Shown: positions 18,620 through 32,000 of the stretch, piece by piece
Position numbering within the stretch: position 1 is the stretch's first letter
Layout of the letters: each line of letters starts with the position of its first letter
From: an uncultured bacterium
Lineage (GTDB): Bacteria > Margulisbacteria > WOR-1 > CAVSGV01
Length of the DNA stretch: 32,000 bases
Reading direction: 5' to 3'
Assembly (NCBI GenBank): GCA_963699255.1
Contig: OY969425.1
Span: 1,650,001-1,682,000, forward strand
Notes under the pieces: generated by a model
Told to the model about the DNA's origin: nothing
The model's input: only the letters and a program-made list of their open reading frames with translations
Databases searched by the model: none
Position numbers and translations under genes: made by a program

Positions 18620-19254
18620 TGTCGGAAGAAAATATTCCCGAGAAGAACGAAGAAGCGAAGCCTGCCGCTTCTAACGAGGAAGCAAAGCCGGAAGTAAAGC
18701 CGGCCGCTCCGTCCGAAGAGGGTACCGAAGAGAGAAGATGGTATATCCTTCAGACCCTGACGGGCAGCGAAGAACTTGTTAAGGCGAGCATTGAACGCAG
18801 TGTAAAGCAGTTCGGCATAGAAAATAAGGTGTTCAATGTCCTGGTGCCGGAAGAAGATATTGTTGAGATAAAGGACGGAAAGCGCGTAGAGAAGAAGAAA
18901 AAGATGTTCCCCGGGTATGTTTTCGCGGAAATGATCCTGGACGAAACCTCTTGGTATGCGCTTAAGCAAACTCCCGGAGTTGCAAAATTCATAGGGAACA
19001 AGACGCGTCCGATCCCTGTCACGGACAGGGAAATGCAGAGAGTGCTGAAACAGCTTGGCGTAAGGGAAGAGAACATAGAGGTTTTCTTTGAAAAAGGCGA
19101 AGCGATCAGGATCATAAGCGGACCCTTCAGGGGTTATACGGGATCGGTAGAAGAGATCAATACGCAGAGGAACAAGATAAAGGCTCTGGTCAACATTTTC
19201 GGAAGAGATACACCGGTCGAGATAGACTTTGAACAGGCGGAGAAGATAACTTAA
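18619..19254 (+). CDS. nusG: Transcription termination/antitermination protein NusG with ~37-aa acidic/Pro-Ala-rich N-terminal extension
   Basis: [21 protein letters not shown]...[11 protein letters not shown]...TPGVAKFIG...[18 protein letters not shown]-like KOW region; overlaps the secE stop. Confidence 0.96.
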   Translation: MSEENIPEKNEEAKPAASNEEAKPEVKPAAPSEEGTEERRWYILQTLTGSEELVKASIERSVKQFGIENKVFNVLVPEEDIVEIKDGKRVEKKKKMFPGYVFAEMILDETSWYALKQTPGVAKFIGNKTRPIPVTDREMQRVLKQLGVREENIEVFFEKGEAIRIISGPFRGYTGSVEEINTQRNKIKALVNIFGRDTPVEIDFEQAEKIT

Positions 19255-19255
19255 A

Positions 19256-19681
19256 GTGGCTAAAAAATTATTGACGATGGTTAAATTGCAAATTCCGGCT
19301 GGAAAAGCCAATCCCGCGCCGCCCATCGGGCCTGCTCTGGGACAGCACGGGATAAACATCATGGAATTCTGCAAGCAGTATAACGCAAAAACGGCTGACA
19401 AGGGCGATACCGTGATCCCGGTGGAGATATCGATTTTTGAGGACAGGACCTTCACTTTTGTTCTTAAGACCCCTCCGGCGGCTGTCCTGCTTAAGAAGGC
19501 CGCGAATGTGGAGAAGGGTTCTGGGGAACCCAACAGGAACAAGGTCGGCAGCGTGACAAAGGAAAAAATAAGAGAGATCGCAGAAATAAAAATGCCGGAT
19601 CTGAACGCGAATTCGATCGAGGCGGCGATGAGGATAATAGAAGGCACCGCCAGAAACATGGGGATAACCGTTAAAAGTTAG
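19256..19681 (+). CDS. rplK: 50S ribosomal protein L11
   Basis: [35 protein letters not shown]...; GTG start. Confidence 0.98.
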   Translation: MAKKLLTMVKLQIPAGKANPAPPIGPALGQHGINIMEFCKQYNAKTADKGDTVIPVEISIFEDRTFTFVLKTPPAAVLLKKAANVEKGSGEPNRNKVGSVTKEKIREIAEIKMPDLNANSIEAAMRIIEGTARNMGITVKS

Positions 19682-19711
19682 AAGTGAAAAGTGAGAAGGC
19701 AAAAGTAATCC

Positions 19712-20416
19712 ATGGCACAAAGAGGTAAAAAATATCTGGAGAAAGCAAAACTTGTCGAAGCCGGGAAAAAATATCTTCCCGGTGACGCCGTTTCTCTTGT
19801 GAAGAACACTTCCCTGACGAAATTTGACGGCACGGTTAACCTTTCAATAAAGCTTGACATTGATCCGAAGCGCAGCGATCAGCAGGTAAGGGGGACCGTG
19901 AGCCTTCCGGGAGGATCAGGTAAAAAAACAAGAGTGGTTGTCATCGCAAAGGGCGAGAAGATAAAAGAAGCGGAAGCGGCGGGCGCGGATTTTGCCGGGG
20001 GCGACGACCTGATAGAGAAGATAAGCAAAGGATGGACGGATTTTGACGTTACGGTGGCGACCCCGGATATAATGTCTTCCGTTGGAAAACTCGGCAAGGT
20101 GCTCGGTCAAAAGGGTCTTATGCCGAACCCCAAAACAGGGACCGTGACGTTCGATGTCGGGAAAGTCGTGAAAGAATTCAAAGCGGGAAAGATCGAATAT
20201 AAAACGGATAAAACCGGCGTGATCCATGTCCCGATAGGAAAAGTGTCATTCAAAGAGGATAAGATCAGCTCGAATCTGCAGTCCGTTGTTGAAGCGATCT
20301 CTAAAGCGAAACCTTCCAGCGTGAAGGGGAATTTCATTAAGAGCGTTACGGTTTCCGCAACTATGGGCCCGTCGGTCAAGGTTGACATAAGCAAGCTATT
20401 GGAACAGGCAAGCTGA
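19712..20416 (+). CDS. rplA: 50S ribosomal protein L1
   Basis: [32 protein letters not shown]...[15 protein letters not shown]... Confidence 0.98.
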   Translation: MAQRGKKYLEKAKLVEAGKKYLPGDAVSLVKNTSLTKFDGTVNLSIKLDIDPKRSDQQVRGTVSLPGGSGKKTRVVVIAKGEKIKEAEAAGADFAGGDDLIEKISKGWTDFDVTVATPDIMSSVGKLGKVLGQKGLMPNPKTGTVTFDVGKVVKEFKAGKIEYKTDKTGVIHVPIGKVSFKEDKISSNLQSVVEAISKAKPSSVKGNFIKSVTVSATMGPSVKVDISKLLEQAS

Positions 20417-20417
20417 T

Positions 20418-20948
20418 ATGCAAAAAGAATTGAAAATAAGATCGGTCAAGGACATTAAAGAAAAATTTGAGAAGAGCAAGGTGATCGTCCTTACAGATTT
20501 TAAGGGACTGACCATGTCGCAGATGACCACCCTTAGAAAAAAACTGAAGCCGATCGATGCCGAATTTAAAGTGTATAAGAACACCCTTATATCGCGCGCG
20601 ATAAAGGATAAAGCATATGACGGGATCGATCCGCTTTTGACCGGATCTACCGCGATCGTTTTCGGTTACAGCGATCAGCTGGCGCCGACGAAGGTCATAT
20701 CCCAGTTCATGAAGGAGAACGAAAAGCTGTCGGTTAAAGGGGGATTGCTTGACGGTAAATTCATCGACCCTAAAACAATCTCCGTGCTCGCGAAACTTCC
20801 TTCCAGGGAGGTGCTGCTTGCCAAGCTTCTCGGGACGATGAAGGCGCCGATCACCAATTTTGTCCTTGATTGCAAAGGTATATTGACCAAGTTCGTGATC
20901 GCTCTGAGCGCAATAAAGGATAAAAAGAATTCAACAATTGTACAATAA
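20418..20948 (+). CDS. rplJ: 50S ribosomal protein L10
   Basis: [35 protein letters not shown]...[11 protein letters not shown]...; between rplA and rplL. Confidence 0.96.
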   Translation: MQKELKIRSVKDIKEKFEKSKVIVLTDFKGLTMSQMTTLRKKLKPIDAEFKVYKNTLISRAIKDKAYDGIDPLLTGSTAIVFGYSDQLAPTKVISQFMKENEKLSVKGGLLDGKFIDPKTISVLAKLPSREVLLAKLLGTMKAPITNFVLDCKGILTKFVIALSAIKDKKNSTIVQ

Positions 20949-20951
20949 AGA

Positions 20952-21026
20952 AATGACCAATTAAGGTAGGATTATTTTAAATATAATACATTAATTGTTC
21001 ATTGTGAAATTGTTAATTGGTCATTG
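20952..21026. repeat. Inverted plus direct repeat in the rplJ-rplL intergenic region
   Basis: Perfect 13-bp arms AATGACCAATTAA (20952-20964) / TTAATTGGTCATT (21013-21025); direct repeats TTAATTGTTCATTG (20991-21004) / TTAATTGGTCATTG (21013-21026). Confidence 0.75.
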
Positions 21027-21044
21027 AAAAAGGGGGTGAATGTA

Positions 21045-21406
21045 ATGGGAAAAATGGAAGACGTTATAGCGACCGTAGAAGGGATGACAGTACTGGAACT
21101 TTCCGATCTTGTTAAAAAGATGGAGGAGAAGTTCGGAGTGTCCGCTGTTGCGGCTGTTGCGGCTCCTGCTGCCGCTGCCGGCGAAGCTGCTGTTGTTCAA
21201 GACGCATTTGATGTTGTCCTTACTTCAGCGGGGGACAAGAAGATCCAGGTGTTAAAAGTTGTCAGGGATATCACCGGGCTTGGACTTAAGGAAGCAAAGG
21301 ACCTGGTTGATAATACGCCAAAGCCGGTGAAGACAAAGATAAAGAAAGAAGAAGCGGCTGAGATAAAGAAAAAAATTGAAGCGGAAGGTGGAAAAGCGGA
21401 GATAAA

Positions 21407-21410
<4 letters not shown>
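21045..21410 (+). CDS. rplL: 50S ribosomal protein L7/L12
   Basis: [40 protein letters not shown]...[15 protein letters not shown] 21045 follows AGGGGGTGA; the track start 21024 is TTG. Confidence 0.97.
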
Positions 21411-24695
<3,285 letters not shown>

Positions 24696-24706
<11 letters not shown>

Positions 24707-27700
24707 GAAAAAAGAAACAAGGGAATTTGAATCATTAAAGATCGGGTTAGCTTCGACCGAGAGGATCCTTTCATGGTCTTACGGAGAGGTTGAGAAGCCC
24801 GAAACCATCAACTACAGGACATTTAAGCCTGAGAGAAAAGGTCTTTTCTGCGAAAAGATCTTCGGACCTGTTAAGGATTGGGAGTGTCACTGCGGAAAAT
24901 ACAGAAGGATCAGGTACAGGGGGATCGTGTGCGAGAGATGCGGGGTTGAGGTCACCACTTCAAGGGTAAGGCGAGAGCGCATGGGACACATTAAACTTGC
25001 CGTACCCATTTCCCATGTCTGGTTCCTGCGCGGAATACCCGGGTTCATCGGCATTATGCTCGATACTTCCACAAAGCTGATCGAAGAGGTCATTTATTAC
25101 GATGCTTATATGGTCACCGAAGTTTCGCGGGAGGGTAAAGAAAAGATAAAACTGAAGGAAGGGCAGGTCCTCAGGGAAAGCGAATATCAGGAAGCAAAGG
25201 AAAAATACGGCAGCGCTTTCAAGGCGGAAACGGGTGCAAGAGCGGTCAGGGAGGTGCTGTCCAAGATTGATCTGCAGGCGACGGTTACCAAACTCAGAAG
25301 GGAAGTAAAAACTTCTGAAGGGCAAAAAAGGATCAAGATCGTAAAACGCTTGAGGGTCGTGGAGGGATTCTTTAAATCCGGGAACAAGCCGGAATGGATG
25401 ATACTGGAAGTCCTGCCTGTCATGCCGCCGGACCTGCGTCCGATGGTCCAGCTTGAGGGCGGAAGATTCGCGACCTCGGACCTGAACGATCTTTACAGGC
25501 GCATCTTGAACAGGAACAACAGGCTGAAGAAAATAATAAGCATGGGCGCTCCTGATATGATAGTAAGGAACGAAAAAAGGATGCTTCAGGAAGCTGTCGA
25601 CGTTCTGATAGATAATGGAAGAAGGAAAAGGGCGGTCACGGGATCAACGGGACGTCCGCTGAAATCCCTTTCCGATATCATAGAAGGAAAACAGGGAAGG
25701 TTCAGGCAGAATCTGCTCGGGAAGCGCGCTGACTATTCAGGAAGGTCCGTTATTGTTGTCGGGCCGACGCTTAAGATACATCAATGCGGGCTTCCGAAGG
25801 AAATGGCGCTTGAATTATTCAAACCGTTCGTTATAAGGAAGCTCGTTGAACGCGGTCTTTCTCAGAACGTAAAAAGCGCCAAGAGGCACATAGACAAGAG
25901 AGAGATATTCGTTTGGGATATTCTTGAAGAAGTGATCAAGGGGCATCCGGTCCTCTTGAACCGAGCGCCTACACTGCACAGGCTTGGCATACAGGCTTTT
26001 GAGCCGATCCTTGTCGAAGGGAAGGCCATACAGATCCATCCTCTGGTGTGTCCGGCATTTAACGCTGACTTTGACGGAGACCAGATGGCCGTGCATGTGC
26101 CGCTTCTCACGGAATCGCGGGTTGAAGCAAGACTCCTCATGCTTTCTTCAAGGAACATTCTCTCTCCCGCATCGGGCAGGCCGATCATCACACCTACACA
26201 GGACATGGTCCTGGGGGTCTATTTCATGACCGTTGATGATGAAAGGGTAGCACTGGGCAAGGGAATGAATTTCTCCTCCGACAATGAAGCAATGATCGCT
26301 CAGGATCTGGATCAAATTCATCTGCACGCGCTGATAAATGTCAGGAGGGACGGCCAGATGATCCAGACGACGGTCGGCCGCATCAAATTCAACAATACGC
26401 TTTCAAAAGTCCTGGCAAAAAGGGTTGCTGGGGAAAAGCTTGAATATATAAATTATACTGTTGATAAAAAGAAACTTGAGGCTCTTATCCTGTTCTTCTA
26501 CAAGAAATACGGGTCCGAGATAACCGCGGAAATGGCTGACGAGATAAAACGACTCGGATTTAAATATGCAACGATCGCCGGAATAACTATCGCTATAGAC
26601 GACCTGAAAGTCCCGTCGCAAAAAAAGCATATAGTTCAAAAGGCGACCAGGCAGGTAGAATCGCTTGATAAGCAGCTTAAGGCCGGGCAGATTCTCCAAG
26701 AATGAGCACTTTATGCGTTCCATAGACATCTGGAGCATCGTTACCGAAGATGTAACGGACGCGATGCTCAGGGAATTTGACAAGCTGAACTCCGTTTATC
26801 TTATGGCGTTCTCCGGCGCGAGAGGCAATCTGCAGCAGGTAAGGCAGCTTGCCGGAATCCGAGGTCTTATGGCGGATCCTTCAGGTAACATCATCAGCAT
26901 TCCTATCAAAACGAACTTTAAGGAAGGATTAAGCGTTACGGAGTATTTCATTTCTTCTTACGGAGCGAGAAAAGGACTTGTTGATACGGCCTTAAGAACG
27001 GCGGATTCAGGCTATCTTACAAGAAGGCTTGTTGACGTTGCCCAGGACGTTATCATTACTGAACTGGATTGTGCCTCCGAAGAAGGCATAGTTCTCGCAA
27101 GTGTCAGAGAAGGATTTGAAGAGGTAGTTCCTCTGTCGGTCAGACTTATCGGCAGAACGGCAGTGAAGAACGTTACTGATCCCATATCCGGTAAAACGAT
27201 AGTGAAAGCGGGCGAAGAAATAGATGAAATCGCGTCAAAATCTATTTCAGAAGCCGGCATCGAAAAAGTAAAAGTTAGGTCCGTTCTTACATGCAAAACA
27301 AAGAAAGGCGTTTGCCAAAAATGCTACGGCAGGGACCTTTCCCACGGCGGGATAGTTAGCATTGGAGAAGCTGTCGGGATCATTGCCGCGCAGTCCATCG
27401 GGGAGCCGGGCACTCAGCTTACAATGAGAACATTCCATATCGGCGGAGTTGCTCTTCACAAAGCCGCAAAGGTTTCCATAAAGGTAAAGCACAGCGGTAA
27501 GCTGGAATGGGGAGAAGGCATTGAAGTAAGGGACCTCATAGACGAGAACGGGGATAAAATCAAGATGGTGACAAGGGAATCCACCGCTTATGTGAAGATA
27601 AAGGACAAGAAAGAAGCATATACCCTTCCTATCGGGTCAATCCTGAAAGTTAAAGAAGATTCTGCGATCTCTTCCGGAGATGTTATCGCGGAATATGATC

Positions 27701-28881
27701 CAACATATGAATATATAGTTGCGAGCACGGAGGGCAAGGTCATTTATCTCGGGCTTGATATAACCGAAAGAAAGAGAAAGATCGAGGATAAAACCGTCAT
27801 CGAAAAGGTGGCAAGGAATGACGCGGCTGTATTTATTTATAATCCGAAGAACAAAAAGGAATTCGACGTTCCTCATGCTTCTAAATTATATGTAAAGGCT
27901 GGCGACAAAGTAAAGGTCGGCGATGAAATCGCCGCGGGCGTTGTATCAAAAAGCAGCGGAGTGGTCATTTCGGTAAAAGAAGGCAGGGGCGGCAAGAATG
28001 TAGTCGTTGTTCCGGGAGAGAATTACACTATCCCCGCTTCCTCCAAGGTAGTTGTGGAAGACGGCGCCGTTGTTGTGGCTTATGATTTTCTTGCAAAGGT
28101 GGAAAGCATAAGGCGAGACCCGAGCAAAACAAAAGATATCATTCAAGGATTGCCGAAAGTTGAAGAGCTTTTTGAGGGACGCAGACCGAAAGACCCGGCT
28201 TTGCTTTCCGAGGCGGAAGGAATGGTAGAAGTGTCGGAAAGAGAAGGAATAAGGCTTATAACGATCGTTTCTACCCATGGAAAGCATGAGTACACTGTTC
28301 CGTACGAGATAAGGCTCCGCGTTGCCAATGGCGACAAGATCGCTCTGGGGATGCCTTTAACGGAGGGCAGTATAAATCCGCACGATCTGCTCAGGATACT
28401 GAACAAGCAGGCGGTACAAATTTTCCTTGTTGACGAGATACAAAAGATATACAGAGGGCAGGGAGTTTCGATAAACGACAAGCACATAGAAGTTATTGTA
28501 AGACAGATGACCAACAAGGTCAGGGTAGTTAACCCGGGTGAAACCACCCTCCTTCCGGGTGAGCTGCTGGAAGCAAATGAATTTGAAAAAATAGTTTCCG
28601 CAGCGAAAGAGGGACCAGCGACCGCCACCGAAGTGCTTCTTGGCATAACAAAGGCATCGCTTTCAACCGAATCCTTTATTTCGGCTGCTTCATTCCAGGA
28701 GACGGCCAGGATCCTGACGGATGCTGCAATAAAAGGGCGTGTCGACAAAATGTACGGACTTAAAGAGAACGTTATCATAGGAAAACTTATTCCTGCCGGG
28801 ACGGGTTTTTCCTCATACGGATCCGTTGAGCTTGTTTCTAATATTTTAGGCGGTAAGGCCCCCGCGGAGGGAGAAGACTGA
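24696..28881 (+). CDS. rpoC: DNA-directed RNA polymerase subunit beta', split in two frames (24696..26705 and 26665..28881) by a net +1 frame change near 26690-26703
   Basis: N-terminal part has [15 protein letters not shown]; ends ...[24 protein letters not shown]. The +1 frame continues [63 protein letters not shown]..., contiguous with the canonical RpoC sequence. Confidence 0.93.
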
Positions 28882-29276
28882 TGCCAACCATTAATCAACT
28901 GGTAAGGATGGGAAGGAAGAGAAAGACCTTTAAAAGCAAGGCGCCTGCGCTGGGCGGTAATTCCTTTAAGAGAGGCGTTTGCATAAGGGTTTATACGACT
29001 ACCCCGAAAAAGCCGAATTCGGCGTTAAGAAAAGTCGCGAGGGTCCGTCTTACGAACGGAATGGAAGTTAGCGCTTATATCCCGGGTGTCGGACACAACC
29101 TTCAGGAACACTCTGTGGTCCTTGTGCGCGGGGGAAGGGTGAAGGACCTGCCGGGAGTAAGATATCATATAGTCAGGGGTACTTTTGACACCAGCGGCGT
29201 CGAGAACCGCAGACAGGGCCGCTCAAGGTACGGGGCCAAGAAGCCGAAGGCGACAGCCGGGAAAGCGGCGGCGTAA
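28881..29276 (+). CDS. rpsL: 30S ribosomal protein S12
   Basis: [15 protein letters not shown]...[27 protein letters not shown]...[17 protein letters not shown]. Confidence 0.98.
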   Translation: MPTINQLVRMGRKRKTFKSKAPALGGNSFKRGVCIRVYTTTPKKPNSALRKVARVRLTNGMEVSAYIPGVGHNLQEHSVVLVRGGRVKDLPGVRYHIVRGTFDTSGVENRRQGRSRYGAKKPKATAGKAAA

Positions 29277-29287
29277 CAGGAGAGCAT

Positions 29288-29758
29288 ATGCCAAGAAGAG
29301 GAAATATCGTAAAAAGGAAGATCTTACCGGATTCTGTTTATAACAGCGTCACGGTGCAGAAGTTCATCAACAAAATGATGTGGAAGGGGAAAAAGAGCAC
29401 TGTCGAGAGGCTCTTTTACGGGGCCCTTGATATGGCTTCCGAAAAACTAAAAAAGCCGCAGCTCGAGATATTTGAAAAAGCTTTGAACAACGTGAGGCCT
29501 CTGATGGAAGTTAAGCCGAGGCGTGTCGGCGGGGCTACATACCAGGTGCCCATTGAAGTTTCGGAAGATAGAGGCCTTTCTATCTCGATGCAGTGGATCA
29601 GGGAGAACGCGAGGGCCCGTTCGGGGCATTCGATGATAGAACGGCTTTCCGCAGAAATGATAGATGCTTATAACGGGATCGGGGCTTCAATGAAGAAGCG
29701 AGAAGATACGCACAAGATGGCTGAGTCGAATAAAGCCTTCGCGCATTTCAGGTGGTAA
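29288..29758 (+). CDS. rpsG: 30S ribosomal protein S7
   Basis: MPRRGNIVKRKILPDSVYNSVTVQKFINKMMWKGKKSTVERLFYGAL...RVGGATYQVPIEV... Confidence 0.98.
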   Translation: MPRRGNIVKRKILPDSVYNSVTVQKFINKMMWKGKKSTVERLFYGALDMASEKLKKPQLEIFEKALNNVRPLMEVKPRRVGGATYQVPIEVSEDRGLSISMQWIRENARARSGHSMIERLSAEMIDAYNGIGASMKKREDTHKMAESNKAFAHFRW

Positions 29759-29767
29759 TTTAATAAT

Positions 29768-31846
29768 ATGGTAAGAACACATCCAATAGAAAAATACAGG
29801 AACATAGGGATCGCCGCTCATATTGATGCCGGCAAGACCACGACCACGGAAAGGATCCTTTTTTATTCCGGGAAGATCCACAAGATCGGCAATGTTGACG
29901 ATGGAACGACGGTCACGGACTGGATGGTTCAGGAGAGGGAGAGAGGGATAACGATCACGTCCGCGGCCATCACGACAACCTGGAATGGCTACAGGATAAA
30001 CATTATCGACACGCCGGGACATGTTGATTTTACGGTAGAAGTGGAGAGATCGCTCAGGGTGCTGGACGGAATGGTCGCGGTTTTTTGCGCCGTGGGAGGC
30101 GTGCAGCCCCAGTCAGAGACCGTCTGGAGGCAGGCCACAAAATACAAGGTCCCCAGGCTCGCTTTTATCAACAAGATGGACAGGATCGGCGCGGACTTTT
30201 TCAGGTGCGTAAAGCAGATGAAGGAGCGTCTTGGCGCGCATCCGGTCCTCCTGCAGTTACCGATAGGTGCTGAAGACAAGTTTTTGGGAGTTGTAGATCT
30301 CGTTGAAATGAAAGCGATAGTTTTTGAGGATGAACTTGGAGCAAAACCATTGATCAAAGAGATCCCGGCTGAGCTTCAAAAGGACGCAAAAATCTACAGG
30401 GAAAAGCTGATCGAAGCAGCGGCGGAAGCGGATGACGCGCTGCTCGAAAAATACATGGAGAAACATGTTTTGGAAAATGACGAGATAAAACGCGGGATCA
30501 GGAAGCTGACGGTTGAATGCAAGATCATTCCTGTTACCTGCGGGACCGCATTCAAGAACAAGGGCATTCAACCCATGTTAGATGCTGTTATCGACTATCT
30601 CCCGTCCCCGATAGATGTACCGTCGGTAACGGGATTCAATCCGGTATCGGGAGTTGATGAAGAAAGGGCTTCAACGGACAACGCTCCGTTCTCAGCCCTG
30701 GCATTCAAGATAGCAACGGATCCTTTCGTTGGGAAACTGATATTTTTCAGGGTTTATTCGGGCACATTAAAATCCGGCTCCTACATACTTAATTCAACCA
30801 AGGATTCAAAGGAAAGGATCGGAAGGCTTCTTCAGATGTACGCGGATAAGCGCGCGGAGATCGAAGAGGTCCACGCGGGGGATATTGCCGCGGCTGTGGG
30901 ACTTAAGGGGACCACGACCGGCGATACGATATGCGAGGAATCAAAACCGATAATCCTTGAATCAATAGTGTTCCCGGAGCCTGTTATTTTCGTTGCGATC
31001 GAGCCCAAGACCAAGGCTGACCAAGAAAAGCTCGGCGTTGCTCTTGGCCGTCTGGCCGAAGAGGATCCCACATTCAGGATCAAGGGAGATCCTGATACAG
31101 GACAAACGATCATTTCCGGCATGGGGGAGCTTCACCTGGAGATCATCGTTGACAGGCTCTTGAGAGAATTCAGGGTGGAAGCGAATGTGGGCAAGCCTCA
31201 GGTAGCTTACAAGGAAACGATCAAGGGCACTGCTGAAGCCGAGGGGAAATTCATAAGACAGACCGGAGGCCGCGGTCAATACGGACATGTTTGGGTAACG
31301 GTGGAGCCGCTGCCGCCGGGCGGTAAATTTGAATTCGTGAATAAGATCGTCGGCGGATCGATACCGAAGGAGTACATCCCTGCCGTTGAGGACGGGATCG
31401 TTGAAGCGATGCAGACCGGAGTGCTCGCGGGCTATCCTGTGATCGATCTCAGGGTCACGCTTTTCGACGGTTCATTCCACGAGGTGGACTCTTCAGAAAT
31501 GGCGTTCAAGATAGCAGGGTCAATGGCTTTCAAAGACGGGTTCATAAGAGCAAAACCGATTTTGCTTGAACCTATAATGAAGGTTGAAGTGGAGATACCG
31601 GAACAGTACATGGGTGACGTTATAGGCGATCTTAACAGCAGAAGAGGGAAAATAGAGGGAATGGAATCCCATGCAGGCGTGCAGATAATAAAAGCGAGAG
31701 TCCCTCTCTCCGACATGTTCGGATATGCCACGGCTCTCAGGTCGAAGACGCAGGGAAGAGGGATATACACGATGGAATTTTCAACGTATGAGGAAATGCC
31801 AAAGAACATCGCCGAGGGAATAATCACAAAGGCGCAGGGGAAATAA
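29768..31846 (+). CDS. fusA: Elongation factor G
   Basis: [26 protein letters not shown]...[13 protein letters not shown]...[24 protein letters not shown]...; 692 aa full length. Confidence 0.98.
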   Translation: MVRTHPIEKYRNIGIAAHIDAGKTTTTERILFYSGKIHKIGNVDDGTTVTDWMVQERERGITITSAAITTTWNGYRINIIDTPGHVDFTVEVERSLRVLDGMVAVFCAVGGVQPQSETVWRQATKYKVPRLAFINKMDRIGADFFRCVKQMKERLGAHPVLLQLPIGAEDKFLGVVDLVEMKAIVFEDELGAKPLIKEIPAELQKDAKIYREKLIEAAAEADDALLEKYMEKHVLENDEIKRGIRKLTVECKIIPVTCGTAFKNKGIQPMLDAVIDYLPSPIDVPSVTGFNPVSGVDEERASTDNAPFSALAFKIATDPFVGKLIFFRVYSGTLKSGSYILNSTKDSKERIGRLLQMYADKRAEIEEVHAGDIAAAVGLKGTTTGDTICEESKPIILESIVFPEPVIFVAIEPKTKADQEKLGVALGRLAEEDPTFRIKGDPDTGQTIISGMGELHLEIIVDRLLREFRVEANVGKPQVAYKETIKGTAEAEGKFIRQTGGRGQYGHVWVTVEPLPPGGKFEFVNKIVGGSIPKEYIPAVEDGIVEAMQTGVLAGYPVIDLRVTLFDGSFHEVDSSEMAFKIAGSMAFKDGFIRAKPILLEPIMKVEVEIPEQYMGDVIGDLNSRRGKIEGMESHAGVQIIKARVPLSDMFGYATALRSKTQGRGIYTMEFSTYEEMPKNIAEGIITKAQGK

Positions 31847-31851
31847 TAATC

Positions 31852-32000
31852 ATGGTGAGACAAAAAATAAGGATCAGATTAAAAGGGTATGACGGCAGAC
31901 TGCTGGATCAATCCGCGTTAAAGATCGTTGATACCGCAAAGCGCGCGGGCGGAGTTGTTTCCGGTCCCATACCTCTTCCTACCGACAGGGAAATATACTG
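31852..32000 (+). CDS. rpsJ: 30S ribosomal protein S10, N-terminal portion (3' end outside window)
   Basis: Read from sequence: [49 protein letters not shown]... Confidence 0.96.
   Translation, partial: MVRQKIRIRLKGYDGRLLDQSALKIVDTAKRAGGVVSGPIPLPTDREIY

Noticed and set aside
26703-26705. UGA in rpoC as selenocysteine or stop readthrough
   Set aside because: Reading through in the same frame gives [18 protein letters not shown]... and soon another stop, not the conserved [15 protein letters not shown]. Only a +1 frame change restores RpoC.
28143-28898. 251-aa ORF on the minus strand (and 13052..13765 -, 237 aa)
   Set aside because: They lie antisense within rpoC and the GT2 gene respectively. 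Their translations are low-complexity, Ser/Pro- or Arg-rich, with no recognisable domain, as expected from the complement of a GC-richer CDS.

Overview
The window holds two blocks.

(1) About 1-13.95 kb is a surface-polysaccharide or cell-envelope glycan locus. It encodes GT2 glycosyltransferases, a UDP-galactopyranose mutase (glf), a GT2::GT-C-like fusion, a YfhO-like membrane protein, a radical SAM/B12-binding-type enzyme, a SAM-dependent methyltransferase with an N-terminal Cys-rich ribbon, an FAD amine-oxidase-like protein, a DUF2304-like protein, a putative lipoprotein and a frame-disrupted GT2.

(2) After a minus-strand pair (anaerobic RNR-activating-type radical SAM protein plus thioredoxin) and a rimI-metE pair comes a conserved transcription/translation cluster: rpmG - tRNA-Trp - secE - nusG - rplK - rplA - rplJ - rplL - rpoB - rpoC - rpsL - rpsG - fusA - rpsJ. 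No tuf gene lies next to fusA.

The main surprise is that two unrelated genes, rpoC and the terminal GT2, are each broken by a net +1 frame change. Both breaks sit at or next to the same 10-mer AGATTCTCCA, read in the same phase (AG ATT CTC CA). This could be recoding, a context-dependent sequencing or assembly artefact, or coincidence; sequence alone cannot decide. Other points are a GT2 N-terminus remnant upstream of the lipoprotein gene, three structured intergenic repeat-like elements, and a strong sigma70-like promoter upstream of rpmG. I found no CRISPR array, transposase or defence system. All similarity calls come from recognising protein motifs by eye; no searches were run.
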